From Macrostomum lignano (taxonomy: Eukaryota): a stretch of 64,000 bases of DNA. The notes beneath the pieces are model-generated. The model searched no databases and was not told where the DNA came from. It was given only the letters and a program-made list of their open reading frames with translations. Each line of letters begins with the position of its first letter. Within the stretch, counting starts at the first letter, position 1. The stretch spans positions 306,858 through 370,857 of the forward strand of contig NIVC01000907.1 of NCBI GenBank assembly GCA_002269645.1, in the 5' to 3' direction. Of this stretch, positions 20,950 to 34,037 are shown piece after piece. A program made the position numbers and the translations under genes.

Positions 20950-23900
20950 CTCTTCGGCTTCTGTCTCTGCATGGAGACGGCGGTCTCGGGACTCCGCGGT
21001 AGATCCAGCGCGATTGGGGAACCGCCAACGAAGCTTTTCGTCTCCGACTGTGGATGGTTGAAGAGATGGGCGATGGGCAATAAGGATGCAGCTGGTGTGT
21101 AAACATTACTGCAGTTTGTCTCTCCAGGACATGGAAACTCTACACTGTGCAATGCAGTAAATTGTCATTGCACTTTAATTGCTTTCAGCTATTTAGTCGG
21201 GTCTGCTTCGGAGTAAAACTTGCTTTTAAAGGGAATTTGCTTTCAGAAAATCCAATGGATGCATAAAAAACAGAATCCATTGAAACGTTGCCTCAGCTTC
21301 ACTTTGATGAAGTTAAAGATAAAAATAAAATAGCAAGCAGTACGAGCGTGTTTTTATCAGAAAGGGGTTGCAGCCTAGTGGCCAGAGCGTCGGACTCACA
21401 ACTGAAAGGTCGGGGGTTCGATTCTCGACCTACTCGGAACAGTTTGTGTCCTTAAGTAGGACACTCAACTCTGCATTGCTTCAGCTCACCCTACTGTAAA
21501 ATGGGTGCCAGCATTAGCTGGGGTAATTGAGGGTGTGTGTGGTGACCCCCTCCAATCCTTGGACTGAACAGCCGTGCGCAGCCTGCAGCGCAGGCTGAGC
21601 TGTCGGTTGCACATTGCCCCTCAGAGCAGGTGTAATCAATTACAATTTTCTAAAGCATCAGAAAACTTAAGTGCAAGCTTTCAGCTAACGCGCGATCGTC
21701 CGAACCTTTAAAAGCCTCGGAGGCGGCGGAGCTGCTGCCGGTGGGGGTGGCGGCGGCGGTGGCAGCGGTGGCGGCGTGGGCGTCGGCGACTTCGCTGGCG
21801 GCGGTGGCGTCGGCGGCGGCGGAGTGGGCGGCGGCGGCGGCTCCTCGTCGAGCTCCTCGGAGGACTCCGCCTGCGGCTTCCAAAGCTTCAAGGCGGCCTC
21901 TCGCGGCGGCTTCTCGCGCTTCTGTCTCGGCGTCCGCTGCGTCCGCACAGGCGGCACCTCGTCGGCGGTCACCGGGGGCGGCGGCGTCGGCATCGTCGGG
22001 TGAATTCGGCGCCGCGTCTGCTGAGGCTTGACGACCGGCGCCTCCGGAGGCTGCGCAGGTTCCTCTTGAGTCTCTGAGTAGTGAGGATAAGGCTTAATGT
22101 TAGATAACTTCCTTAGTGATAAATACTCGTGGTGCAAGAATGTCAAATAAAACTTGATGAGTTACTTTTTTACTGTATCTGACGGTTAGCTGAGACTGAA
22201 AAATGCGATATGTTTTAGGTAATGAGATTAGACTAAAAGTGTGATTCACTATATGTATTACTTTAAGTAGTGCACGCATGAGCTATAACGAAAGATCTTG
22301 AGACGAAAAGAGGTAGTTTTCTACTAAAGGGTAGAAATGAATGCCTTCTCAGGTAATGCTTTAGTTGCTGTTGGAAGGAAATTTCTCTGCCGTGCTGAAA
22401 CCACTGAGTCAGCATTAGCCAAGATGGATCACCTGTAGCCTCTCTGTTTCCATATTTCTTCGGCTTTGTGGGAGCGATCACTTTATAAAGACGGGAAAAG
22501 TTGAAGCAGTAAATGAAGTGAGGCCTAACTGTACCGAGTTGTTGAAATCCAAGCCATCTGATTCCGGGGCATACCGATCTTCGTAGCCTGCAGCTGAGAT
22601 TGCTGGAACTCCCAGTCTTCCCACTTTTCCACAAGGCCTGTCAAGTCAGCAGTGGCCGACTCGGCTGCTTTTCTAGCATAGCTGTAGCCATCAGAACCGA
22701 AACTGGCGGTGCCAAATGTGAGGCGAACAGGGTGCTCACTGCCGCTCTTGCTGGCTGCATCCGATGCTTTTAGAAACGACGCGACGCTTCTGCTGGGACG
22801 CAGACCGACGTCCTGCGATTTCCGCACTGACCGAATTTCCGGCGTCAGCGACACCGCCGTCTTGTCGAGTCTCCGAGCTCCAAGCCGGTGCAACTCGCCA
22901 AAGCCAAAGTTTGGCAGCGACCGACTCTGCAGTTGCTGCTTCTGCTGCTGTGCTGTTTGCTTCGCTGACTTGTCAAGCTTTATTGCACTGGAATCGTGAC
23001 GCATCCCGGAAGGCTGCTGGTAGAGATGATTCACCTTTGTCTGCTGAGTTTTAATCTGGTGGTTAGAGCTCGCTTCACTCTGCTTGTTAGTCAAGTTAGT
23101 TGAGTTCGGGTTAGTTGAGTTCGGGTTAGCAGCGCTGGTGGTGGCTGTGTTGGAGCCGGTCTCACCTTCGATGACAGGAAGCTGGGGCTCTGCAATATCA
23201 TTTCAACAGTGCTTTATTCGAGTTCGAAATAATGCTCAAATAGTACTTGTTTAGGGCGCGCATATCGTACCTGGAACAACTTTTGATGAACTTTTATCTT
23301 GGGTTCTGAAAAAGAATTGGCCCATACTGTTGTCAGTTTGAGTTGGTAAGTGATCACGGCTACAGTTTCAAAATTGTACTTGCATCTTCTGTCGAGCTGG
23401 CGACTTCTGAGCAAACGGCGCCCTCTTCGGTGGACTCCACTCGCCACGGTCGTCTTCTGTGCTTCTTGGCTTCAGTTTGAATTGCTTCAACTCCTAGCAG
23501 AGTGAAATGCATTGGAATGCATTAAATAACAGAAGTAACGGCAGAAATACGCCTTTGAGGGGCAATGCACAGCATGTTGAGTGCTCGCACTATTGGAGGA
23601 CGCAACTCCCATCCCATACTTCCACTGTCACCACATCACTTCGATTCTCCCTACCAAAACATAAATTTCCAGTGGCTTTGAGGGCAGTTAGCCATCTTTA
23701 AAGTGCTACGAAGAAAGTATGAGGTATATATTACTACAGAAGCTGATAATTAAAGGTCACCCCGACCTTTCTATTCGTCTCTCGCGACATGGCGATGAAG
23801 CCAAGCTTTCTGTCCGACGACACCGGCGCTATTACGGACTGTCGCACCATTTTAAACTCGCGGTTCTTAGAAAATGGATCTTTAGGCACCGTGAGCTTCT

Positions 23901-26891
23901 TCCGATGATGAGGCTTGAAGAAATGTGGCTCTAAAAAAGTGAAAAATGGGCTTGAATTATTTTCTTAATCAAGTATTTTAAAACCAAAAAAAGTTATTCT
24001 ACTTTTTCTAGAGAAAATGCTAGAAAAGGAACTGAAAAAACTGAAAAGGAGGAAAGCATGCTGTGCGGCCTTCCGGGTTGGGTAGGGTTGCTTAATATTC
24101 TGAAACAAATAAAAAAATGCGTGCCCCTTCACTGGATTCTTGCGTTTAGAAAATGCACTAGATGGCTATTTATTTACTTCTGACGCTTAGATTACCGAAT
24201 GAATTGTTATTGAACTCCAACTGGTGTTGCCAGCCTGAAATGCCTGCCTGCTGTTGCTGCCTTTCAAACTGCAGTTGATGCGGCATCCGGCTTCTTGTGG
24301 AGTCGCCTATCAGATATTCGGTGCATTGTTGTTGGCTACTGTAGTTTTCAGGAAATATTTAGCTCCCATAAAAACTGCATAGAACACACAACCATTTTTT
24401 AGTGTGGAAACTTCATGTTTCCGCTCAAACACAGCTAGCTTTTCAACCATAATTAGCTCTAATGTACCAACTTGCTGTTTGAAAGATTTGAAACCTTTAT
24501 ACAAGACCAATCTTCTTTTTCGCTTTTTAGCCTTGTCTCCGTCCGTTTTCGCTGCGGCGCCCTCCTCGTCGCTGCTGCCTTGGCTGTCCGTATCGTCAGC
24601 TTCGTCAGCGTCGGCCGACGACGGGACGGTGGACAGTCGGGTTCGAGCTCGGATTCGGAGTCTGCGCTGCCGACGATGGCTGCGCCGTCTGCGGTGGCTG
24701 TCGTAGCTGCTGACGGCGAGGTCCTCCTGCTCGCTCGATGCTTGGGTTCAAATTGAGAAACATGAATCCGATGGAATTATTCAAAATGTGACGAACTGCT
24801 AGTTGTGAGCATGTGCTTTCTGTGAAAGTTTCTGCATGGAATAAAATCAGAAAGGAAGCTCTCATGCATAGATAACGCTTCTCCATCTAGCTGGGAATGG
24901 GATATCATGCAGTCATCCACCAGCACCTCACCATCGGATATTCCGCAGTCATCCACCAGCACCTCACCATGTGATATTCTGCAGTCATCCACCAGCACCT
25001 CACCATGGGATGGATAATTCTGTAGTCATCCTCACCATGGAATATTCGGCAGTCATCCACCAGCACCTCACCATGGGATATTCTGCAGTCATCCACTAAC
25101 ACCTCACCATGGGATGGATAATTCTGTAGTCATCCTCACCATGGAATATTCGGCAGTCATCCACCAGCACCTCACCATGGGATATTCTGCAGTCATCCAC
25201 CAACACCTCACCATGGGATATTCTGCAGTCATCCACCAGCACCTCACCATGGGATATTCTGCAGTCATCCACCAGCACCTCACCATGTGATATTCTGCAG
25301 TCATCCACCAGCACCTCACCATGGGATATTCTGCAGTCATCCACCAGCACCTCACCATGTGATATTCTGCAGTCATCCACCAGCACCTCACCATGGAATA
25401 TTCGGCAGTCATCCACCAGCACCTCACCATGGGATGGATAATTCTGTAGTCATCCTCACCATGGAATATTCGGCAGTCATCTACCAGCACCTTACCATCC
25501 CCATCGTCCGCGCCTTCGCTCGCATCGCTTCTGTCAGCCTCATTCTCGCCCTCAACCCGATGCCTGCTACTGACGGTGACTTTGATGACGCCTCCGTCCG
25601 CTTCGTTGTTCAGCACTTCATCCTCACTGCTGATCCCACCGCTGCCGGCACCGGGTGTCTCTCCTGATGGCGAACGGCCGCCTCGGGTGCTGCCGCCAAG
25701 CGTGTGCGGACTGTCGGCACCGTCCAGTCTCTGCTGATGCATGCCGATGTAGAAGCCCTTCGACTGATGGCCGCTCTTTGCAGGGGTGACATCGGTTGGC
25801 GTTGTCTTACGAGTGATTCCCGTCTCCGTGTAGTAGTCCTCGATCTCCTTGACCACCCAATCGGGCAACGAGATTACTGCGCGGGAACGGATGAAGAGGA
25901 GAGTTATAGTCCAAACCGACCTTGTCCCTGAGAATGCATGAATCAGAGCTTGGTCACAGCGCAAGCAGCTACTCAACTGTTTTCATCCGTCTCGCTAGAC
26001 AGAGTTGGCTGGCGACCACCTTTCAGAAGAAGCTCTACCGAAGCCGTCAGCTCTTTGCTGGCCAGCTGTTTGTCAGCCTGCAGTCGAGAAGATGCCGCCT
26101 TGTCCTGGTGTAGGCTGTGGTGTCAGGTCAAATCATTATCGATTGCGTATTGAAAAGTAAAGGTGCATATGAGATGGGTCATGGCAGAGTGAGACAATGC
26201 TTATAAGGATGTAGCTACCAAACTCTGAGACGCTAAGAAAAATGAGCGATCGTTAAGTAATTTCCTAGGGAATGCGTTGGGACAAAATTTACAATCGAGC
26301 TGGTATTATAGCTTGTATGATCAGAACGGCATACTGTGGCCTCGTGAGGTGCAGGCAGCCCAGGCAGAGCCGGCAGCCGTAGCACCATCCGGGAAAGATG
26401 TACTGCTGGCCGCGCTTCTCCACGGGGGTCAGGTAGCGCGGCTCGAACACCGCCGCCTCCACGAACGGCACGTAGACTCTTGGAGCCTGGCCGAACAGCT
26501 GCTTGTACTCAAACGTCGATTTGAAGGACTGGTAGACCCTGGCCACGGCTGGTAGGTGAAGCAGACGACGGACGGAGGCTCCGTTATTGGACGAAGCGGT
26601 TGGCTGTCCGGTCACGACTGCCGCAGCCGCAGCGGCCTCGTCCGAGATGAGGCGCGGCAACGAGACAAGCGAAGCCTCTGACTGAGTGCGCTGCTGACAG
26701 CCTCTGAGACTGCTGTTCGCTGGCAGGTTGCCGCCTCTTGGCACGGAACGCTGCTGCTGTCTATTCGGGGGCGCTGTCACCACGGCTGCCATGGTTGGCG
26801 GACGTCCTGAGAGACTCTCGTCGTCGCCGGTCTCGCTGCTGTTGTCGCCAGTTCCGCTGTTAAATATCAGGCTGACTGAGCGGGACTTCAT
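20950..26891 (-). CDS. Series of GC-rich, low-complexity (Pro/Ser/acidic) candidate exons; 5' extension of the EF-hand gene or a separate gene
   Basis: Open GC-rich blocks with splice-like ends (~21700-22075 Pro-rich, ~22530-23090, ~24500-24750, ~25495-25870, ~26290-26890); phases could not be joined unambiguously. Confidence 0.45.
21364..21645 (+). mobile_element. tRNA-headed SINE with CORE-like central domain, copy 2
   Basis: GGGGTTGCAGCCTAGTGG...GGTTCGATTC...GTGTCCTTAAGTAGGACACTCAAC...CTGTAAAATGGGTGCC; inverted relative to copy 1. Confidence 0.8.
24905..25495. repeat. 36-bp minisatellite with periodic variant units
   Basis: CAGTCATCCACCAGCACCTCACCATGGGATATTCTG tandem units. Confidence 0.92.
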
Positions 26892-28140
26892 TTCTTTGAC
26901 GGTTTTAGTGCAGTCGATGGCTTAGGAAATCTGAATGCTGAGTATCCCAGCCAGGCGGCCAAGTCTTGGTTAGCTGCGTTACTTCCAGCTGAATAGGCCA
27001 AGTTATTGCTGAGGGTACTGGGAGATAATTTCTTATTAATGACACTACGCGGCAGAATATTCTATAGAGCCGGCCATCTGTGACCTGAGTTATGTCTCCT
27101 TTCCATCTCGCTGCTGCTGAGATTGTTAAACCAGCGAGATGCTGCTCATTGAGCCGTGTGTGGCCGCGAGAGACTCAACTGAAGCGTTGCGGCTGTCATT
27201 ATTGGTCTCAGCGCGCAGCGGGACGGCTTGTCTACAAGCGGTTAGTGAAAGTAAGAAAATTACTTCCAAGGGTGAAAGTGGATGGCCGAACAAAGCGACC
27301 GTGGCTTAATGCCTGCTCAAGACTGACACAATTAGAGATGGAGCGACCGCCTGCCGAGCAGGAAATCGGGCGCCTTGTTGGATGAAGATTGAAAAAAAAG
27401 TTGAATGGCGTCTTGCGCAGGGGCGCCAGCTCTTCTTGGGCGCTGCTGATGCACAGATGCCTGCACAAATTGGGTTCAAGTAGGCGTGTCACCGCGGAGC
27501 AAAATTACTGATTCTGTCTGCCTATGCGCAAGAGCGCATCAATATACTACTTTCAGTAAGTCTCATCGATTTATTTTTAACTAAAAATAAAAATCTTTTC
27601 AAAGCGATCGACATCCTTCGGTGACATGGCCTGACAACCGGCGCTGACGGCAATTAAGAAATGAGACAAGAAATGCTATTCCTAGTTCAAACAACTTTAA
27701 ACAAATCAATAAATTTATTTGTCTAAATTTCACCCTTGGAAATCAGAACCGATTAGTGTGTCAAGGAAAGTCAAGCAAAAACGCGACACCGAACAATCCA
27801 GCAGAGGAAAAAATAGAAGCAGGGTGGTAACTAATAAGAAGCTGTTTAATTTAGGCCAAAAACTAACACACTGATAAGTTTAAAGCTTCATCTAATTTTC
27901 CTACATTGCTAAACTGGGCAGGTAGCGGAGAGTCTGATCGGATTGCAGCGAGTGGACACGAATAGCGGGGCAAAGAGGATAAACAAAGTTTACGAACTTT
28001 ACGAAGCACAGCAAAAAACAAAGAAATAACTTCAATTTTTCCAATTCATCAATGGAATGTTTCAAGAAAACACTATTGAGACTATCGAGATATTTGATTA
28101 CACTCCACATTTCCGCCATTGAGTCATAAAATGCTGGACC

Positions 28141-29010
28141 TCATTCAGCTGGGATGAAGTGCCACTGGTTCACCTCCGGCGGAATGGGGCAGGGCGGCTG
28201 CACGGCCGGCTGCTTCTCCACCAGCTCGCGCGCCTCCGAGTGATCGATCTTGTACGCGCTGCCGATCACGGAGACGTTGTCGCACGAGATCGAGTTCCGA
28301 TCGACCACGTGACCAACCAGCGACTGCCAGCTGCGGTGCATCTCGTCAATGATGCTCAGCGCAAAGTCGCGGCTCTGGAACTGGCCGTCGAAGGCGAACT
28401 CGTTGCGCGGCTTGCCCTGCGGCACCTTGTAGTTGCGAAACCAGCCGCGCGTCGCGTCCAGGAAGCCGGGCATGTGCGTCTCGATGTCCGACACATCGTT
28501 GAGCTGCTCGGCCAGCGGATCGGAGGTGTCGATGGCCAGCAGCTTCCAGTCGGTTTCGCCCTCGTCGATCATGGCTAAAATTCCCAGCGGCTTCACCTGA
28601 ATGACGGAGCCGCGCGGGTGGACCCGGTGCCCGATCTCGCACACGTCTAGCGGGTCATTGTCTCCCTTGGCCTGTGTCCGCTCGTCCGTGTGGTTCGGGT
28701 CCTCCCAAGTCTGCGGCAGGGCGCCGTAGTTCCAGATGTAGCCGTGGTGGGGGAACACGTTGTCAACATAGCGCAGTTTGCCCTTCTTCACGTCCTGCAC
28801 GATGGGGTTCAGCCTCTGATCCTTGCTGATCTCCATCTTTGCGTTCGTCCAGCGAGGAATCTCAACCACCATGTTGAGCTCGCGCTTCTCTGAGCAGGCG
28901 AACAGCGGGATGTCGTGAAAGGGCGAGATTGGCCCGTTGGGCCCGTAGAAGTACAGCTTGTACTCAGTGGAGTACGGAGCGCCGCGCTCAATAACCCAGT
29001 ACTTGGACAT
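28141..29010 (-). CDS. PPA1: Inorganic pyrophosphatase (family I), intronless, 289 aa; upstream in-frame ATG at 29127
   Basis: ISPFHDIP, VEIPRWTNAKME, WNYGALPQTWEDP, GDNDPLDVCEIG, IDEGETDWK, WFRNYKVP motifs all intact. Confidence 0.96.
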   Translation of the reverse strand: MSKYWVIERGAPYSTEYKLYFYGPNGPISPFHDIPLFACSEKRELNMVVEIPRWTNAKMEISKDQRLNPIVQDVKKGKLRYVDNVFPHHGYIWNYGALPQTWEDPNHTDERTQAKGDNDPLDVCEIGHRVHPRGSVIQVKPLGILAMIDEGETDWKLLAIDTSDPLAEQLNDVSDIETHMPGFLDATRGWFRNYKVPQGKPRNEFAFDGQFQSRDFALSIIDEMHRSWQSLVGHVVDRNSISCDNVSVIGSAYKIDHSEARELVEKQPAVQPPCPIPPEVNQWHFIPAE

Positions 29011-29284
29011 GGTACTTCGCTGCAGCTGCGATTCTCGCCTTTCCTTGCTTGATCCTCTGCGCTTCTTTTTCTGCTGGTCTTCTGACTGTTTCGTGTCTTT
29101 CTGCTGTAACGGTTTGTTGGAATTCATGATTTCGGATTTACTAGAGCGACAGCAATTGTAGAGAAAATGCAAGCAAGAAATCTGGCCCAGTTACAAAATA
29201 TATAGTTGCCAACAAAATGCTGAAACCACTGGGGAAGAAAAGGCTTGAAGTGATTTTTCAGACGGCCATAGACAGTTTACACAA

Positions 29285-29705
29285 TCTGGCCCCTACCACT
29301 GGCGTATGGCCCCTACCACTGGCGTATGGCCCCTACCACTGGCATTTGGCCCCTACCACTGGCGTATGGCCCCTACCACTGGCGTTTGGCCCCTACCACT
29401 GGCGTATGGCTCCTAACCCAGGCCCTGAAGCGCTCCTCCCCTATAAAAATGCGCAAATCCAGAAACTAACCAAGAATAAGACAGGGGCGCCTACCAAGAG
29501 ACAGGGGCGCCCACCAAGAGACAGGGGCGCCTACCAAGAGACAGGGGCGCCCACCAAGAGACAGGGGCGCCTACCAAGAGACAGGGGCGCCCACCAAGAG
29601 ACAGGAGCGCCCACCAAGAGACAGGGGCGCCCACCAAGAGACAGGAGCGCCCACCAAGAGACAGGGGCGCCTAACAAGAGACAGGAGCGCCCACCAAGAG
29701 ACAGG
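29285..29705. repeat. Two adjacent 20-bp minisatellites (TGGCCCCTACCACTGGCGTA; AGAGACAGGGGCGCCCACCA)
   Basis: Arrays at ~29285-29405 and ~29478-29705. Confidence 0.9.
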
Positions 29706-30454
29706 GTTACGGCCCCTCCAATTAAAAGTTCTTGCGCACGCCAACGGCTCCTACCGATATTGCTACGGTACTGCGGTCTTGCGAGCGTTACACGTGGACC
29801 ATATGACAGCACGATGCAGCAACGCAGCTAAAAAATGTACAAATTAAGCCAGCTTCTTACCTGCTTTTTGATGAGGGCTATTACTTGGGCTAATCGCAGA
29901 CCTCGAAGTCTCGACTTGCTTTCGCAAAATTGCTCCCGTTCAATTTTCTTTCCTCGGCTCTTATTCTCTTGTCTCCGTGTCTCTCTGCCGCGCCTTGCCC
30001 CGTCCTTGCTTACTCATTAACTCAGGGCGGGCGGAGCTGCAGGGACAGAGAGCGCCTCTCCCAGCCCGCTGAGCACTGCACAGGGTGGGGGGGCTGTACC
30101 TCAATCCCGTACACCCCTCTACCCCCCCCCTCTCCAGCCGCGAGGGGTTTCACTGAGAAGAGTTAGCCAGGCATTTTTGAGCAATTCCTCGCAGTTCTCG
30201 CAGTTGTCTCTGACAACGACAATATGGCTGTTGTGTGCAGGCAGGTGGCTGAGCTAAAAATAAACATGCTGCAGCCCCACAGCATTGCTGCTGCTCGGCA
30301 CTTCTTCAAGATCATTATTTTCTTTTGCTCAGCTTAATTGCTCAAAGTCAAAGCTCTTCATAGCTAAATTTCCTCTTCAAGCACACTGAGAACGCCAAAT
30401 GTCTGCATTCGATTTCAGAACAGGAACTTCTTTTAAAAGTCAGTGTTAGGGCCT

Positions 30455-30620
30455 GTTAAGGGCACATTGTCACGCAACCGGCGAGCGACAGCGGCCCTAA
30501 CTTTATATTATCGTTAGGCATGTACACTTCACTTTGCCTTGGGGGGTTGGCCCCCAACGGCGTTAATTGCATGAGCAGAGCCAAGCCGAGATTCCAGCTT
30601 AGGACCAAATTAATGCGACT
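30455..30620 (-). mobile_element. 5'-truncated copy of the SINE at 8318
   Basis: Reverse complement matches 8385-8520 (GGAATCTCGGCTTGGCTCTGCTC...GTGTACATGCCTAACGATAA.ATAAAGTTAGGGCCGCTG) and lacks the internal segment ~8521-8610. Confidence 0.8.
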
Positions 30621-30685
30621 GCTCTTGGAATTTTGGAAGTTAAGCTGAAATCGTAATAACGAAACGATTTGACAGGTAATAAACA

Positions 30686-30723
<38 letters not shown>

Positions 30724-31320
30724 AGATCAAAGTGTATTTGAGTCAGAGTCTCTTTTTTGTTATTATTGACACACTCGTTGTGCGGCAGACTAGATAAAAA
30801 AACAATTCGTAGAAGTTTGACGTAACAAGTATTAATGGATTTTAATTAGTAACAAATGACTGAATAATGTGGGCTCACAGTTTTTGCATTGTTAAATATT
30901 TTTGTTACAAGAATCTCTAGAAGTTAAGAGCAGTAGTTTGGCTTAGTCGAAAGAAGGGCTCACCTCTGCGGGGGGGATCAAGTAAGGCTACACTTCGGAA
31001 GGTGTAACAGAACACACGGGAATAAATATTGCATATGTGTCGGTGAATCAGAAAGCACAGGAGGGCAAAGAATGGAAACCTCGTACAAGAAGTTGCTGTG
31101 TCCGACTGCTTCCTAATGAAGCAGAGAACATTAAAGGGAACAGTTTATGCAAAAAATTAATCAAAGTTCTACTTTTGAAGAAAAACATTTTCCGAGCCCG
31201 CATAGAGTGATGGACAAATAAATGTTGAAAAATATTGTTGCATGAATTCGTTAAAAATAATAAGCCCATTTACAATCCGCAAACCTTAACTAATGTTGTC
31301 AGTTTCAGAAACAATCTTCG

Positions 31321-31345
31321 TTAGCTGCTCATATTTTCTGACAAG

Positions 31346-31381
<36 letters not shown>

Positions 31382-34037
31382 GGAAGCCTCGTGTCCCATT
31401 TCACATCCTTGAGCAGCAGGAAGTCCTTCACCATGGTGGGCACCGGCAGCTTGTTGATCTTGCCGCCCGGGCTGAAGCCCAGCTGATCCCTGATGGTCTT
31501 CCGCGCCCAGGATCGCAGCGATTTCACGGATTCGAGCTCCGGACAGCGGCGCACACTGCTCTGGCAGAATCGCGATGAGGAATAGCAGCCCACCTGGGCC
31601 AGAATCTTCGCCATCTCCAGGTGGCCGCGCTCCAGCACCAGCTGGAACGGCAGCTTCTCCACTCCGGTGGGCGTCTTCTTGGCCGGGTAGTCGAAGTTGT
31701 AGTTGTAGGTGACGAACAGGCGCAGCAGGTCCATCCGATTGTACACCACGACGTCGTGCACGAATGACTCGCCGAAGTTGTTGAAGTTGTACTGGATGTA
31801 CCAGTTGCCCGCGCTGAGCAGCATGCTCACCAAGTCTGTGTAGTTCTTCTTCACCGCGATGTGCAGACTCGTGTCTCCGGTGCGAAAGTCGCGCTTGTAC
31901 AGGTCGCACCTGTGCTTGATGAGCGCTGCCACCACCTCCTTCTGGTTGTAGGACACCGCCTCCATCAGGGGCGTCAGGCCCCACTGGTTCTGCGCGTCCA
32001 CCCGAGCTTCAGCCTGAGGGATTGGAATGCTGCTTTTTCTGTCCTGTTCTGTACATCCTATCCTGTCCTGTTATTTCCTGTTCTGTCCTGTCTTATCCTG
32101 TCCTATCCTGTCCTGTCGTATTTTTATCCTGTCCTGTCCTGTCCTATCCTTATCATGTCCTGTCCTGTCCTGTCTTATCCTGTCCTATCCTGTCCTGTCC
32201 TAATCCTTATCCTGTCCTGTCGTGTTCTATCCTGTCTTGTCCTATCTTTATCCTGTCCTGTCCTGTCCTGTCTTATCTTGTCCTATCCTGTCCTGTCCTG
32301 TCCTGTCCTGTCCTTTCCTGTCCTGTCCTGTCCTGTCCTATCCTATCCTATCCTATCCTGTCCTGTCCTGTCCTGTCCTGTCCTATCCTATCCTATCCTG
32401 TCCTGTCCTGTCCTGTCCTGTCCTGTCCTGTCCTGTCCTATCCTATCCTGTCCTGTCCTGTCCTGTCCTGTCCTGTCCTGTCCTTTCCTGTCCTTATCTA
32501 GCTTTTATTTTTCTGTTTTACCAAACATTGAAACGCACGGAATCCGGAAAATGTTCACAATAATCAAAGACTATTTGTCCCGCATTTAGTTCACCAAGAG
32601 TTCGAGCCCCCAATCTCGGACTTAAAGCTGTGCATGCATTGGAAATTTTATGACCGACTGAAAAAGCTGACGCGCACCTCGGCCAGAGGAATGGAGCTCA
32701 GTGTAAGCAGATATGATTAAAATTGTCGATGTTGGTTTTAATGAACTTTTATGACACAACGGAATTATTAAGGATCGGTGGAAATCCAGCAGCACGTGAC
32801 CTCGCTATCCGCCCACTCAGACAGCCACTAACAATACCAACAACCAACTCACACAGCCACCTACAGCACCAAGCACCCATTCACACAGCCACCTACCTAC
32901 AGCACCAAGCACACATTCACACAGCCACCTACAGCACCAAGCACCCATTCACACAGCCACCTATCTACAGCACCAAGCACGCATTCACACAGCCACCTAC
33001 AGCACCAAGCACCCATTCACACAGCCACCTACAGCACCAAGCACCCATTCACACAGCCACCTTCCTACAGCACCAAGCATGCATTCACACAGCCACCTAC
33101 AGCACCAAGCACGCACTCACACAGCCACCGGCCCTCACCCTGATGAGCATGCAGGTCATCTCTCCGGAGCCGTGCCTGGCGGCAAAGTGCAGCGCCGTGT
33201 CTTCGTTCTTGTCCTTGAGGTTGACGCTGGCACCGGCGGCTGTGAGGCGCTTCACGGCCGCCAACTTGCCGTTGCGGGTGGCCTTCATCAGCGGCGTCTT
33301 GTTCGTGATGTCCTGCGGGGCGAATGACGGGCCGGCAGGTGCAAAGGGCTACTAGTGTAGGGTACAGTCACATGGACAGCATTCTATTCACACGATAGTG
33401 TACGGTACAGTCACACGGACAGCATTCTATTCACACGATAGTGTACGGTACAGTCATACAAACAGCATTCTATTCACACGATAGTGTAGGGTACAGTCAC
33501 ATGGACAGCATTCTATTCACACGATAGTGTACGGTACAGTCACACGAACAGCATTCTATTCACACGATCTCTCACCTGAGCATCCAAGCTGGCCCCGTTG
33601 TGCAGCAGCAGCGACATGAGAATGACGTTGCCATCCTCGGCAGCGTAGTGTAGCGGCGTGTTCCCGAACGTGTCTCTGGCGTCGATCTTGCCGCCAGCGT
33701 TCACCAGCATCTGCAGGCAGGACAGCTGGGACCGCAGTGCCGCGTAGTGCACCGCGTGACGGTGCAGCGTCGCCGTGGTCTGGTTGACGGCCACACCAGT
33801 CTGGATCAGGTAGTGCAGCATGGACAGGTAGCCCTTGTAGGCCACCAGGTGCACGGGGAACAGGTCGAAGTGGTGCTGCTTCCTCACCAGGGTGAATTTG
33901 GCGTTCAGATCGACTTTGAACACCTCGACGGCGCGTCGCAATGCGTCCATGTCGTTCTGGATGATGGCGTCGTAGAAGTGGATGGCCGCCTGCTCGGCGC
34001 CCCCGCTGGCGCCGCCGGCGCCGCCGCTGTTGAGCAT
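31321..34037 (-). CDS. Ankyrin repeat and SOCS box protein, exons 33576-34037, 33139-33312, 31321-32013 (442 aa)
   Basis: Multiple ankyrin repeats (GNTPLHYAA, KTPLMKA, DTALHFAA, GLTPLMEA, GDTSLHIA), C-terminal SOCS box SLRSWARKTIR...INKLPVPTMVKDFL, poly-Q tail; phase-0 GT-AG introns. Confidence 0.9.
32035..33570. repeat. Intronic repeats of the ankyrin-SOCS gene: (TCCTG)n 32035-32495, 32/36-bp 32820-33130, 43-bp 33350-33570
   Basis: Tandem units visible directly. Confidence 0.9.
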
